64,000 nucleotides of DNA from Candidatus Cloacimonadota bacterium (GTDB lineage Bacteria > Cloacimonadota > Cloacimonadia > JGIOTU-2): NCBI GenBank assembly GCA_049903315.1, contig JBNGBT010000001.1, positions 32,001 to 96,000 on the forward strand. The letters are read 5' to 3'. The position numbers and the translations under genes were made by a program. This document shows, piece by piece, positions 10,230 to 19,267 of the stretch. A model generated the notes under the pieces. The model was not told the origin of the DNA, made no database searches, and saw nothing but the letters and a program-made list of their open reading frames with translations. Numbering within the stretch: position 1 is the first letter of the stretch; every line of letters starts with the position of its first letter.

Positions 10230-10320
10230 TATATGCAACTAAAACAAGTTGGCAGATTTGGTGTCAAGAAATTGTTAATGATTTATTAAAACAGATAAGA
10301 TTGTAATGATTTGTAATATA

Positions 10321-11229
10321 TTAATTATCAGAGATTCCCATGATATTCAAATTTCCTAAGGAAACAGTGAATTTATTAAATCTTGTTTTATCACCGGAAT
10401 ACAATAAAGCCTGAATATAGAGACTATGTATTGATATATAATCTGATTTAGACTTGATTTCTCCAATTTTCTGTTCTACTGATCTCAATATACGTGCTGA
10501 ACTGATACTTTCAGTATTTCGGAATAAAAGAGAATGTTTACCTTCATTATCCTTAGATTCTAAAATAGATTTATCAAATTGATCCAAGAATTGAAAATGT
10601 TTAAAATCATCTAATGTTATTGAACTGATATTTTCTATTCCATTTATTTGTTCTGTTAACCAACAACATGAATTATTATCAATTAAAAATCTATTTAGTC
10701 TATCTTTAGAAATTATTCTAGAATTATTAATAATTGCAGTTCCATAATAATTTTTTCTGTATCTGTACATGACATCATATGTGAGTGAATATCTTAAAGT
10801 TATCTCACCAATAAATTTTCTGAATTCTTTGTGAAGGGATTTTATTGAATTAAATCTTTGAATATTAGCTTGAAAATAAATTGCAAAGATTATTGCGTGG
10901 AATGGTGTATCAAAAATCTGATAGCCACCATCTCCAATATTTATAAAATAGTCTAAAAAATCATCCTTGTTTTTATCTTGAAATAAATAAGATTCATGCT
11001 CAAGACAATTTAAAACAGTAGTGATGTAGAGTTGGTGGAAAACATGAGGAATGAGGGTTTGTTGTTCTTGTGGGAATTTGCTATATTGGTAAATATCAAA
11101 ACCTAATACAGCCTTTGTTGTTAAATACTCTGATAAAATGTCTGCAATTACGTTGATGCTTTTTTCAGTACCTAATTCTTTAATCTTAGCTTCGATCTCT
11201 TCAATTTTTTTTTTAGTTAATCTTTTCAT
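10321..11229 (-). CDS. Class III nucleotide (adenylate/guanylate) cyclase-like protein
   Basis: VLGFDIYQYS (first Asp), IGDGG (second Asp), LRYSL and YYGTAIINNSRI occur in the order of the class III cyclase fold. The gene is visibly more AT-rich than its neighbours. Confidence 0.55.
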   Translation of the reverse strand: MKRLTKKKIEEIEAKIKELGTEKSINVIADILSEYLTTKAVLGFDIYQYSKFPQEQQTLIPHVFHQLYITTVLNCLEHESYLFQDKNKDDFLDYFINIGDGGYQIFDTPFHAIIFAIYFQANIQRFNSIKSLHKEFRKFIGEITLRYSLTYDVMYRYRKNYYGTAIINNSRIISKDRLNRFLIDNNSCCWLTEQINGIENISSITLDDFKHFQFLDQFDKSILESKDNEGKHSLLFRNTESISSARILRSVEQKIGEIKSKSDYISIHSLYIQALLYSGDKTRFNKFTVSLGNLNIMGISDN

Positions 11230-11362
11230 TTATTTCCCCAATGTTACAACAGTTATTATTGTTGATAGATATATAATTATTCTTTTTGTTTGCCATTTTC
11301 AATCCAATCCCGTAGACTTTTTTTGATTTTTACTAAAAATGGATTTAAGCGTCAAGAAAAAT

Positions 11363-11637
11363 ATTAGGTATTAGGTATTGGGTATTGGGTGTAGGGTAAT
11401 GGGTGGAGAATATCAAATTTCTAATTTCTAATTTCAAATGGGTAGGGGCTGAACATGTAAATCGAAAAGCAGAAAGCAGAAAGCAAAAAGCAGGAGTCAG
11501 AAGTCAGAATTATCAAATCGGTAAACGATTTTCAAAATTATATTTATAATCAGCGCGAATCAGCCCAATCAGTGAGAATCTGTGTCCTATTTTCCCTATA
11601 CAGTTTCAAATATCAAGTTTCAATTTTCAATGTCCAA
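11363..11637. repeat. Mosaic of degenerate heptamer/decamer tandem repeats
   Basis: Six ATTRGGT-like units (11363-11404), about four AATTTCW units, about six AGAAAGC/AGAAGTC units (11464-11511), AATCAG-type units (11548-11586) and TTTCAA-type units (11602-11637). Confidence 0.75.
11442..11458 (+). repeat. GTAG-type REP-like element, truncated copy 1
   Basis: GTAGGGGCTGAACATGT; the right arm is missing. Confidence 0.55.
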
Positions 11638-11675
11638 AAACAGGCATTGAACCACATTTCATGACCCAATGCCTG
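11636..11675 (-). terminator. Intrinsic terminator of prxU
   Basis: On the minus strand, CAGGCATTG-N17-CAATGCCTG followed by TTTTT, 20 nt after the stop. Confidence 0.6.
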
Positions 11676-11695
11676 GCACTATATTCTATAATGAA

Positions 11696-12421
11696 TTAAT
11701 CAAATGCGTTTTCTGTTTTCCACACTTCCCAGATTTTTCCCACAAGATCGGGGCTTGGTTTCAGGACCATTTTTCCGGGTTTCCAACCGGAAGGAGTTGC
11801 CTGGGTGCCTTTGCTTGCACGAACCAGCTGGAATGCCTGTACCTGCCTGATGGTTTCACTGACATTTCTGCCCACAGGCGGGGTCAGCACTTCGTAACCC
11901 TGGACAATGCCATCAGGATCAATGAGGAATCTTCCGCGTGTTTCCACACCAGCATTCTCATCATAGATGCCGTACACTGTTCCAACTTTACCGCCGGCAT
12001 CGGTCAGCATTGGGAAGGGGATACCTCCTTTTACCATCTTAGAAAGTTCATTCTCGTCCCACATTTTGTGGACGAACACACTGTCCACACTCATTGATAA
12101 AACTTCGACTCCAAGTTCCTGGAATACTGGATATTTCTCTGCGACCGCAGAGACTTCAGTAGCTCACACGAATGTGAAGTCACCCGGATAACAGCAGAGC
12201 ACAACCCATTTTCCGAGATAATCCGAAAGCTTAACGCTTATGAATTTTCCCTTGTGATAGGCAGGTGCTGTAAAATCAGGTGCTTTTCTTCCGACCATGA
12301 TCATTTTTCGTTCCTCCGTTTTTTGTGTTATTTTTTCGTCTTTTTTTTCTTCAACTTCCTCACCGACCGGACCGCCTGTTGGCCTGGCACAGCCCACGTT
12401 CATTTCTTCTGGCATGTGCAT
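11696..12421 (-). CDS. prxU: Selenocysteine-containing peroxiredoxin (AhpC/Prx1 type)
   Basis: ORFs 12164..12421 and 11696..12094 are in the same frame. The in-frame TGA at 12164-12166 sits at the peroxidatic position ([16 protein letters not shown]), giving 241 aa. Confidence 0.9.
12136..12153 (-). promoter_or_regulatory. Bacterial SECIS-like hairpin
   Basis: TCTCTGC-GGTC-GCAGAGA. The apical loop starts with G, 17 nt downstream of the UGA. Confidence 0.7.
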
Positions 12422-12565
12422 GCTCCTTTATCGATAGTTGTTATCATTAATATTTGATTTATTAAGTTAATAATTTTCATAACTGATTGTTTTAAATAAA
12501 TAGTTTCTTTAGCTGTCAAGAAAAAAAGAATATCCAATATTCAATAATCCATGACCAAAGTCCAA

Positions 12566-12589
12566 GTAGTGGCTGAACATGTTTAGCCC
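12566..12589 (+). repeat. GTAG-type REP-like element, copy 2
   Basis: GTAGTGGCTGAACATGTTTAGCCC, preceded by degenerate heptamer units. Confidence 0.7.
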
Positions 12590-12615
12590 AGAATGAAATC
12601 TAATATCGTAAATCG

Positions 12616-13956
12616 TTAATCGTTATTCGATATTTCTTCAAGTGTAGCTTCGATGAATACATCTCTTCCGGTTGCAATATCTTCGGCTGTTTCATGTACA
12701 AGGATATCCGGCATGATGGGTGCTAACTTATCCATATTCTCGACTGCTGCCTTGTAGGTTGTTCTCCCGATCGTGATGATCATCTGGGTGTTTGGAAGAC
12801 GGAGTTCAGTATCTTTACCTGCGTTGCATTTAAACGTTGCACCACTTGGTGTGCCCACAAAGGTGCCGATGTTATTGTAATCCAGAAGTGCACAAAAGTG
12901 TCCGTTCGTTGAGCCGCATCGGCCATCGATCAGCGTATAAAGATTCCCTGTAAAATGATTTTCAGCAAGAGGGATCGGATCAGCGAAATCTGCATACTTT
13001 CCATAGCGTTCTGCAAAATAGGGAACTGGTTCGCTTTCAAGGTAGGAAAGCAGGATGGTCGAGCAGAATGGATCACCGCCACTGTTACCTCTGAGATCGA
13101 GTATCAGGTTTTCGATCCCTTTATCTTTGATCTCTTTGAAGCATGAATCCATGAAATTACGGAAGTAATCCACCCGAGAATAATATGCAAAGGTGTAGAT
13201 CGTGAGGATGGCTGTGTTTTTACCTTCCATGATTTCGAATTCGAGTGGAGGATTACTGAAGTGTCGGAACACCACTTTTCTCACAGATGCATCGTCAGTG
13301 GGAGTTAGTTCTGCCGTGACAGGATCTTCGCTGTCTGGTTTGATGTAAGTTATTTCAAAGCCGTCCGGCAGTCCATACATGCTTGCATAGAATTGAGAGA
13401 AACGAGTTGAGAGTTGTGAATCGATGAAATAGGGATTCATTGCATCAGCAGGGGTGATCATTCTGAAATCGGCTATGATCGTGTCAACTGGGGTTTTATT
13501 AATCTCAATTAGAATACTTCCATCGGGTACTTCAAGGGAATCGTTATAAGTGCCTATCACAGCGAGTTGTTCATCTATGAGTTTGACGGTGAGGGGAAAC
13601 ATATTTCTGGGCTTTGTGATAAAGAATCGCCCAGGCATCCATGTGGATGTGTGCATGCATCCGATCTTGGCAGTAATGGGTGCGAGAATCTGGAAGAATT
13701 CATTCATGGTCATCTCATGATCGATCAGCGCATAGTGCGCATCAAAGAGACTGTCCATTTCTGCTTTTGAGGTGTATTCGTAAGTGCAGCAGTGTTCTTG
13801 CTCAAGGATTTCTCGGAATCTCTTGAAATCCTGCTGGAGTGCTCCGACGCTGAATGCTTGTGATGATTGAAGATTCTCGTCGGCTTGCAGCAAATTCACT
13901 GTAATGAGGAAGAAGCAGAAAAAGAAAATAAAAAATATGTATTTTATTCTTTTCAT
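12616..13956 (-). CDS. Secreted S41-family peptidase
   Basis: Signal peptide, LILDLRGNSGG, LIDGRCGSTNG and FVGTPSG. Confidence 0.85.
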   Translation of the reverse strand: MKRIKYIFFIFFFCFFLITVNLLQADENLQSSQAFSVGALQQDFKRFREILEQEHCCTYEYTSKAEMDSLFDAHYALIDHEMTMNEFFQILAPITAKIGCMHTSTWMPGRFFITKPRNMFPLTVKLIDEQLAVIGTYNDSLEVPDGSILIEINKTPVDTIIADFRMITPADAMNPYFIDSQLSTRFSQFYASMYGLPDGFEITYIKPDSEDPVTAELTPTDDASVRKVVFRHFSNPPLEFEIMEGKNTAILTIYTFAYYSRVDYFRNFMDSCFKEIKDKGIENLILDLRGNSGGDPFCSTILLSYLESEPVPYFAERYGKYADFADPIPLAENHFTGNLYTLIDGRCGSTNGHFCALLDYNNIGTFVGTPSGATFKCNAGKDTELRLPNTQMIITIGRTTYKAAVENMDKLAPIMPDILVHETAEDIATGRDVFIEATLEEISNND

Positions 13957-14038
13957 GAAGTGATCCTTTTTTTTGTGATGGATTTATATGGGATTAAGAA
14001 GTCAAGGAATATAGGATTTAGGGTTTAGGGATTAGGGT

Positions 14039-14061
14039 GTAGTCCCTGAACATGTTCAGCC
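14039..14061 (+). repeat. GTAG-type REP-like element, copy 3
   Basis: GTAGTCCCTGAACATGTTCAGCC, preceded by TTAGGGW-like heptamers. Confidence 0.65.
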
Positions 14062-14105
14062 AGATAAAGAGATATGAAATCTTAAATCCCGATCGATATT
14101 CGTTT

Positions 14106-14279
14106 TTATTTTCCTATTATTGCTCCAATTACCAGACCGAGTCCGATACCACCGAGGATAGATCCAATAAAATAGAAAACTGAGAATGGTAACAGGAAAA
14201 ATCCTACGCCAATACCTATCATTGTTCCTCCGCCAACTGCCCATCCGCTTCTGTCTATCTTCTTGTCTTTTGTTTCCAT
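14106..14279 (-). CDS. Small Gly-rich two-TM membrane protein
   Basis: METKDKKIDRSGWAVGGGTMIGIGVGFF...GGIGLGLVIGAIIGK. GGAG lies upstream of ATG 14279. Confidence 0.7.
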   Translation of the reverse strand: METKDKKIDRSGWAVGGGTMIGIGVGFFLLPFSVFYFIGSILGGIGLGLVIGAIIGK

Positions 14280-14426
14280 ATCATGTCTCCTGTGATTTAT
14301 CAATTTCCTCAATAATTCAGGAATTTCTCATATTGAAGCTATTTTCGTCAAGTTATGCGGCGAATTATGACTTTAAAAATTCGAATTTCTTTACAGGAAC
14401 GAAGCAGTGCAATGGAGATTATTATC

Positions 14427-14906
14427 ATGAATGTAGAAATCTATGAAGATTATTCTATTGATGGAAACTCAGGAGCAGGGCAACTCTTTAGCGAGTATGC
14501 TCAGTCGCTTGGTTTTCCCCTTGATTTTCAGGATTTTGATAAGGAATTGGAGAATCTACCTGGTGAATATGCACCCCCTGAAGGATGTATCTTTCTCTGT
14601 AGAATACAGGATGATATTGCAGGTTGCATTGCTCTCAGAAAACTCGAGCCGGGTATTTGCGAATTAAAGAGGATGTATGTGAGAGAAGGATATCGGGGAA
14701 AGGGGATAGGGAAGATGCTTGTAGAAGAAGTGATCAGAAGAGCAAAAAAAATTGGCTACAAGAAAATGAGATTAGATACACTTCGTTCTATGAAAACTGC
14801 AATAAGAATATATGAGGAGCTTGGATTTAAGGAAATCAGCGCTTATCGTTATAATCCATTCGAAAATGCGATGTATATGGAGAGAAAACTGGAGAATATC
14901 CAATAA
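14427..14906 (+). CDS. GNAT-family N-acetyltransferase
   Basis: LPGEYAPPEG, CELKRMYV..YRGKGIG, MRLDTL and YEELGF. Start reassigned to ATG 14427 after GGAG. Confidence 0.9.
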   Translation: MNVEIYEDYSIDGNSGAGQLFSEYAQSLGFPLDFQDFDKELENLPGEYAPPEGCIFLCRIQDDIAGCIALRKLEPGICELKRMYVREGYRGKGIGKMLVEEVIRRAKKIGYKKMRLDTLRSMKTAIRIYEELGFKEISAYRYNPFENAMYMERKLENIQ

Positions 14907-14931
14907 CCAATATTCAATTTCCAATGTCCAA

Positions 14932-14955
14932 GTAGCGGCTGAACATGTTCAGCCC
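14932..14955 (+). repeat. GTAG-type REP-like element, copy 4
   Basis: GTAGCGGCTGAACATGTTCAGCCC, containing the perfect palindrome GGCTGAACATGTTCAGCC and preceded by heptamer units ending in CAA. Confidence 0.75.
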
Positions 14956-14999
14956 ATTAGAAAATATGAAATAACTAAACAATTTTTTTCATGCAATCA

Positions 15000-16034
15000 T
15001 TAATTAAAAAATTGCATTGCTTCAACCCACCTTTCACTCAGGTCTTCAGGTATATCGTGCCCCATTTCGGGAATAATGATGTATGTGTAAGGGATATTCT
15101 CTTCTTCAAAAACTGAAATCATTTCTTCCTGCTTTGGACGGTAGGGATCATTTTCGCCTGCTACCATCATGATCTTAAGACCAGATTTATTTGCTTCGGA
15201 CACATTTACAGCATCAAACTCTTGCGGCTTACCGGGGCATACTCCGAATACTCCCTTTACTGGAATGATCTGATTTATTGCAAAATCCATCGCAGCAATT
15301 CCACCAGCGGACATACCTCCGATATAAACCGAAGTTGTGTCGATTGCATAATCAGTGACAATCTCATGATATATTCGAGAGATATCCTTTCGCGCACGTT
15401 CATCATAGGATCGCCAGCCAAATGTGTTTGAGTCATAATAGAGGTAGGACTGCACATAAGCGGTGATCATTTTATCTTTTAACTCGTCAGGAATTTTCCA
15501 CCGCTCTTTTGCTTTTGACAATGAACTTCCACCTCCGTGAAGGATCAAGAAGACGCGATAGCGTTTAGCTGGATCATAGTTTTCCGGTAATTGGACATCA
15601 TATATTGTTTTTGCCTTTTCTAATGCTGCTGAACGTAGTTCAGTATCTTTTTTTACGAGATCATTGAAACGATCATACTCAATGTAAGGTGCACACTTGG
15701 GCAGGCTTGGATGAAGTAGGAAAAAATATCCCTTCTCATGCCCTTGTGCATAGAGATCGAGAGATTTCTCATATTGCTCAGTTTTGCGATAGAGATATTC
15801 AAGCTCTTTCATGAGTTCGAATTCCTGTTCAAGATATTGATCAAAATTATCTTCAACGAGAATGAGAGCAGAATCGTAACATTCTTTCTTTTCAAGTTTT
15901 AAGATAGTATCATAGAAAACATCATAGGATATAGATTCACTCTTTAATTTTTTGGACTGATATGTGTCTTTATTTGAGGAGGGTGAACAGCTGATAATCA
16001 TGAATATTGATATCATTATGGGGATCAATTTCAT
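15000..16034 (-). CDS. Lipoprotein alpha/beta hydrolase (esterase) with helical N-terminal region
   Basis: Lipobox-like IISCS, LHGGG, GGMSAGG (GxSxG), AGEND and MGH. Confidence 0.75.
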   Translation of the reverse strand: MKLIPIMISIFMIISCSPSSNKDTYQSKKLKSESISYDVFYDTILKLEKKECYDSALILVEDNFDQYLEQEFELMKELEYLYRKTEQYEKSLDLYAQGHEKGYFFLLHPSLPKCAPYIEYDRFNDLVKKDTELRSAALEKAKTIYDVQLPENYDPAKRYRVFLILHGGGSSLSKAKERWKIPDELKDKMITAYVQSYLYYDSNTFGWRSYDERARKDISRIYHEIVTDYAIDTTSVYIGGMSAGGIAAMDFAINQIIPVKGVFGVCPGKPQEFDAVNVSEANKSGLKIMMVAGENDPYRPKQEEMISVFEEENIPYTYIIIPEMGHDIPEDLSERWVEAMQFFN

Positions 16035-16063
16035 CGGATGTCCTTTCTATAAAATTATGTTCA

Positions 16064-16184
16064 TTATTGGTTCATATGTTCTTTCAGTGCTTCTTTACTA
16101 CTGGGATAATCAGGTTTTATTTTAAAAGCTTTCTGATAATTTTTGACGGCAAGATATTTCCTGTCATTGGCGCTTTCACAGGTT
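16064..16184 (-). pseudogene. TPR-like C-terminal gene remnant
   Basis: A start-less frame reads TCESANDRKYLAVKNYQKAFKIKPDYPSSKEALKEHMNQ*, resembling a terminal TPR helix pair. Confidence 0.4.
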
Positions 16185-17339
16185 TTATTCCGACACATCA
16201 TCCTTTTCACAAAATTCTTCTTTTCCGTCAGGATAAAGTAAACTTAATCCGATTACTCGATCATCGTCATCCCGTTCAAATCTGATTGTCGGCAGTTCGT
16301 TCATCGCTTTAAAACCTGCAGGCAAATGAACTTCATACAGGTCGTCACCGACTTCGCTAAGCTTCAATTTAAGACTTCCATCCCGCTGTGAATAATAGAA
16401 ACCGTTTTCAAGTGTGACATTTCTGAGATTGCCGTAACGGCCGGTGATTCCTTGAGGATCATTTTTCTGCGTTATTTCTTTGTCGGTATCCTCCACCTCG
16501 GTTTTTATGAACTGAATGAGCTCGTTCCTAAGATCGATGGTCACTATGAGATCTTTCAATATAGGATATCCGATATTGACATATTCATTATTTCTGTCCG
16601 ATAGAATAATATCCGGAGAATCGAAAATGATATCCGCAAGTTTAATTCGGTCGTCCAGTTCACCCTTCCAAATTTGATGCGTTCCTCCGATGGTGCGTGA
16701 TTGAGCGTCCAGCGGAACAGGAGGGGCTTTAAATTTCAACCGATCTTTGAGCGCAAAGGGAAAAGAGAATGAAAAGGGAGCACCGGTATCCAGATGAGCG
16801 TTCCACGTGCATACATCGGTTTTAATCGGCACTGTCAGGATTTCGCAATCGGGCATCAAATCAATGACATTTTTCTGACCTTTCGACAATTCTCCTTCTG
16901 TCAGAATGATCTTTTTGTCCGGATAATTGATATTTATTAGGAAATCGGAAAATGCTTTAAACGAAATAATGCCGTCAACAGGAATCATATTCCTCAGGGG
17001 CATTGCTACCATGCTGATATCAGCAAACGATTTGCCGGACACGTTCATTTCAGAGACAACCACCTGAGGAACAGAAGATTTTTGATTACTGCCGGGTGCT
17101 CCAATTTCGACCTTCCCGGTTTCTTTTAAATCCAAACGGGATGCCAGATCTTGATCGATGACATGTCCACTGGCACCGGTATCAAAAATAAATTGATAAG
17201 GTCCGCTTTGATTGATAAAAATTTCGATCACTGGTCTGTTCAAGCTTAAATCCAAAGGAATAACAATCTCAGATTGTCCTGATGAGGCATTCGGTAAAAA
17301 CATCAATAAAATGGCTATGTAATAAATTGTTTTACTCAT
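16185..17339 (-). CDS. Secreted double-domain retropepsin-like aspartyl protease
   Basis: Signal peptide and two catalytic motifs, FIFDTGAS and AHLDTGAP. Confidence 0.85.
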   Translation of the reverse strand: MSKTIYYIAILLMFLPNASSGQSEIVIPLDLSLNRPVIEIFINQSGPYQFIFDTGASGHVIDQDLASRLDLKETGKVEIGAPGSNQKSSVPQVVVSEMNVSGKSFADISMVAMPLRNMIPVDGIISFKAFSDFLININYPDKKIILTEGELSKGQKNVIDLMPDCEILTVPIKTDVCTWNAHLDTGAPFSFSFPFALKDRLKFKAPPVPLDAQSRTIGGTHQIWKGELDDRIKLADIIFDSPDIILSDRNNEYVNIGYPILKDLIVTIDLRNELIQFIKTEVEDTDKEITQKNDPQGITGRYGNLRNVTLENGFYYSQRDGSLKLKLSEVGDDLYEVHLPAGFKAMNELPTIRFERDDDDRVIGLSLLYPDGKEEFCEKDDVSE

Positions 17340-18334
17340 TTTGTTATCTCCTTATTTTTTGTGATCTCTTGTTTTTTTGATTTTTCAATGACATTTACTT
17401 CCACCCAGAAAATGTCGGTCTTTTCACGAGCCGGATGATAAAGTGTGATTTCCTGTAGATCCTCAAAGGTATGACGCTTTTCGAAATACTTGTTCCATGT
17501 AACCTGAGGGTAAGCGGCAAAGAAAAAATACTTACCATCAGAAGATATTGATGGGCACCATCCGGATATCATTGAATTAATACTATCACCGAGTTTTAAT
17601 AAATCACTCCAATTGTCATGTTCATCTCTAAAGGAAACAAAATAATTATCTCGAGGTACTATCAAATAGCTTTCATCCGGTGAAATTACCGCATGAAATT
17701 GTTCTTTTTCGCTGTTCACCTGCGGTGGAAGTTCTTCCGGTTTCATATAGTTGCCATTAACGAACCTTGATCGATAAATTTTCTCACCACCGTCTTTGGT
17801 TTTTTTGGAATAATACAGGGTTCCGGTTTCGGTAACAGAAGGGCAGCATACAAATCCATCGCCATTAATGGGATGTCCAATAGGTTTGGGCTCACTCCAT
17901 CCAGAACTTGTTTTTTCAATAAACCAAATGTTGACCACATCTGCAATGAGTGAATCATTATCAAGAGGTCTGTAAGAATGAAAAAATAATTTAGAGCCGT
18001 CAGGATGCATCGAAGGAAAACCATCCAGATATTTCCCGGAAAAGAAAGCTACATCAGGCGTGGTCCAGCAGCCATTTTCCAGTTTGGTTGTTACTATTGT
18101 TTCGCTATTCCCGGCATGGACTGTATAAAATATTTCCTTGCCGTCAGGTGCCACAGCAATAGCGGATTCACTCATGCCGGTTGATATAATCCCGGGTGCA
18201 AAAAGCTCTGGCGACATTCCTGGTGGTGACTGACCCAGGTAGGGACCGGTGAGTTTTGGAAATTCATTTTGTTGAGCAATAATGTTTGTGGCTATGGTCA
18301 GTATTGCGATAATGATACAAATTGTTTTTTTCAT
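17336..18334 (-). CDS. Secreted PD40/TolB-like beta-propeller protein
   Basis: Signal peptide, LTGPYLGQSPPG..PELFAPGIIST, and repeated PDGKE/PDGSK/SDGKYFFF units. Confidence 0.85.
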   Translation of the reverse strand: MKKTICIIIAILTIATNIIAQQNEFPKLTGPYLGQSPPGMSPELFAPGIISTGMSESAIAVAPDGKEIFYTVHAGNSETIVTTKLENGCWTTPDVAFFSGKYLDGFPSMHPDGSKLFFHSYRPLDNDSLIADVVNIWFIEKTSSGWSEPKPIGHPINGDGFVCCPSVTETGTLYYSKKTKDGGEKIYRSRFVNGNYMKPEELPPQVNSEKEQFHAVISPDESYLIVPRDNYFVSFRDEHDNWSDLLKLGDSINSMISGWCPSISSDGKYFFFAAYPQVTWNKYFEKRHTFEDLQEITLYHPAREKTDIFWVEVNVIEKSKKQEITKNKEITK

Positions 18335-18345
18335 GTTACTTTCCT

Positions 18346-19254
18346 TTATTTCAAATCTTTTGATTTTAATTCTTCTATAATCTTCGCACCCACCCAGTAA
18401 ACGTCTCCTTTGCCACGTTCCCCCGACGAAAAGAAAAGATATTTTCCATCAGCAGTTATAAAAGGTTGACTGGCTCTCATCCCCAGATTAATCTCCAGTG
18501 GTTTGCTCCAACCTCCATCCCTCTTCCTGAATGAGCAAAACAGCACACTATTTGGTTCTTCTCCCGGTCTTCCCACAGTATAAACGATAGTACTCTCATC
18601 CGGAGCGATCCAGGGATGCTGGTTCCGTCCTTCCTCATTAAATGGCGTACCAAGTTTTTCAAGCTTCTGATACATGCCCTCAGACTTTCTTATGATTCCC
18701 AGTGCTTCATTCCCCATACCACCTGAAATATCGGTGGTGTAGATCGTCCCGCTATCAGTGGAAGCGATATGCATCGTCTTGTTGGGATTGAATAACTCCC
18801 CTAGATCCCCTATCCCTCCCCAGTCACCATTTTCATCTCTATCAACATATAGAGTAAACATCTGCAGTGCTCCGTCAATAACTCTTCCGGATTGAAAATA
18901 GAGTCTCTTGTTATCGGGAGTAACAAAGGGCTCGAACGTGAACTCATTTTTTGTAAAGGAAGCAACTTCCGGTTCGGTCCAAACCCCGTCAACAATCTTG
19001 CATATCATAATAACAGTCTGATTAAGCCCTGAATGCCTGCGGGTAAAGTAGAACTCATTGCCGTCAGGTGAAAAACAGCAGGAGAACTCATGTGATACTG
19101 TGGAAATGATCCCCGGTGCAAAAATCTCTGGTATCATACCCGGCGGCTTCTGACCGAGGTAGGGGCCGGTGAGGTTGGGAAAATCTGTTTGTTGAGTCAA
19201 AATGCCTGTGGCTGCGGCCAGCATTACAAAGATGGTACAAATTGTTTTTTTCAT
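18346..19254 (-). CDS. Secreted PD40/TolB-like beta-propeller protein (paralog)
   Basis: LTGPYLGQKPPGMIPEIFAPGIIST, FSPDGNEFYF, DGKYLFFS and YWVGAKIIEELK. Confidence 0.85.
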   Translation of the reverse strand: MKKTICTIFVMLAAATGILTQQTDFPNLTGPYLGQKPPGMIPEIFAPGIISTVSHEFSCCFSPDGNEFYFTRRHSGLNQTVIMICKIVDGVWTEPEVASFTKNEFTFEPFVTPDNKRLYFQSGRVIDGALQMFTLYVDRDENGDWGGIGDLGELFNPNKTMHIASTDSGTIYTTDISGGMGNEALGIIRKSEGMYQKLEKLGTPFNEEGRNQHPWIAPDESTIVYTVGRPGEEPNSVLFCSFRKRDGGWSKPLEINLGMRASQPFITADGKYLFFSSGERGKGDVYWVGAKIIEELKSKDLK

Positions 19255-19267
19255 TTTTGTTACTTCC

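Noticed and set aside
10321..11229. Calling a complete Pycsar or CBASS system
   Set aside because: No effector gene is adjacent, and the cyclase assignment rests on motifs alone.
11696..12421. Peroxiredoxin as a nonsense pseudogene or two genes
   Set aside because: The stop is UGA exactly at the catalytic residue, in frame, and followed by a SECIS-like hairpin.
11442..14955. Repeated palindromes as a CRISPR array or integron attC sites
   Set aside because: Copies are about 0.9-1.5 kb apart with whole genes between them. There are no cas or integrase genes and I saw no RYYYAAC/GTTRRRY box structure.
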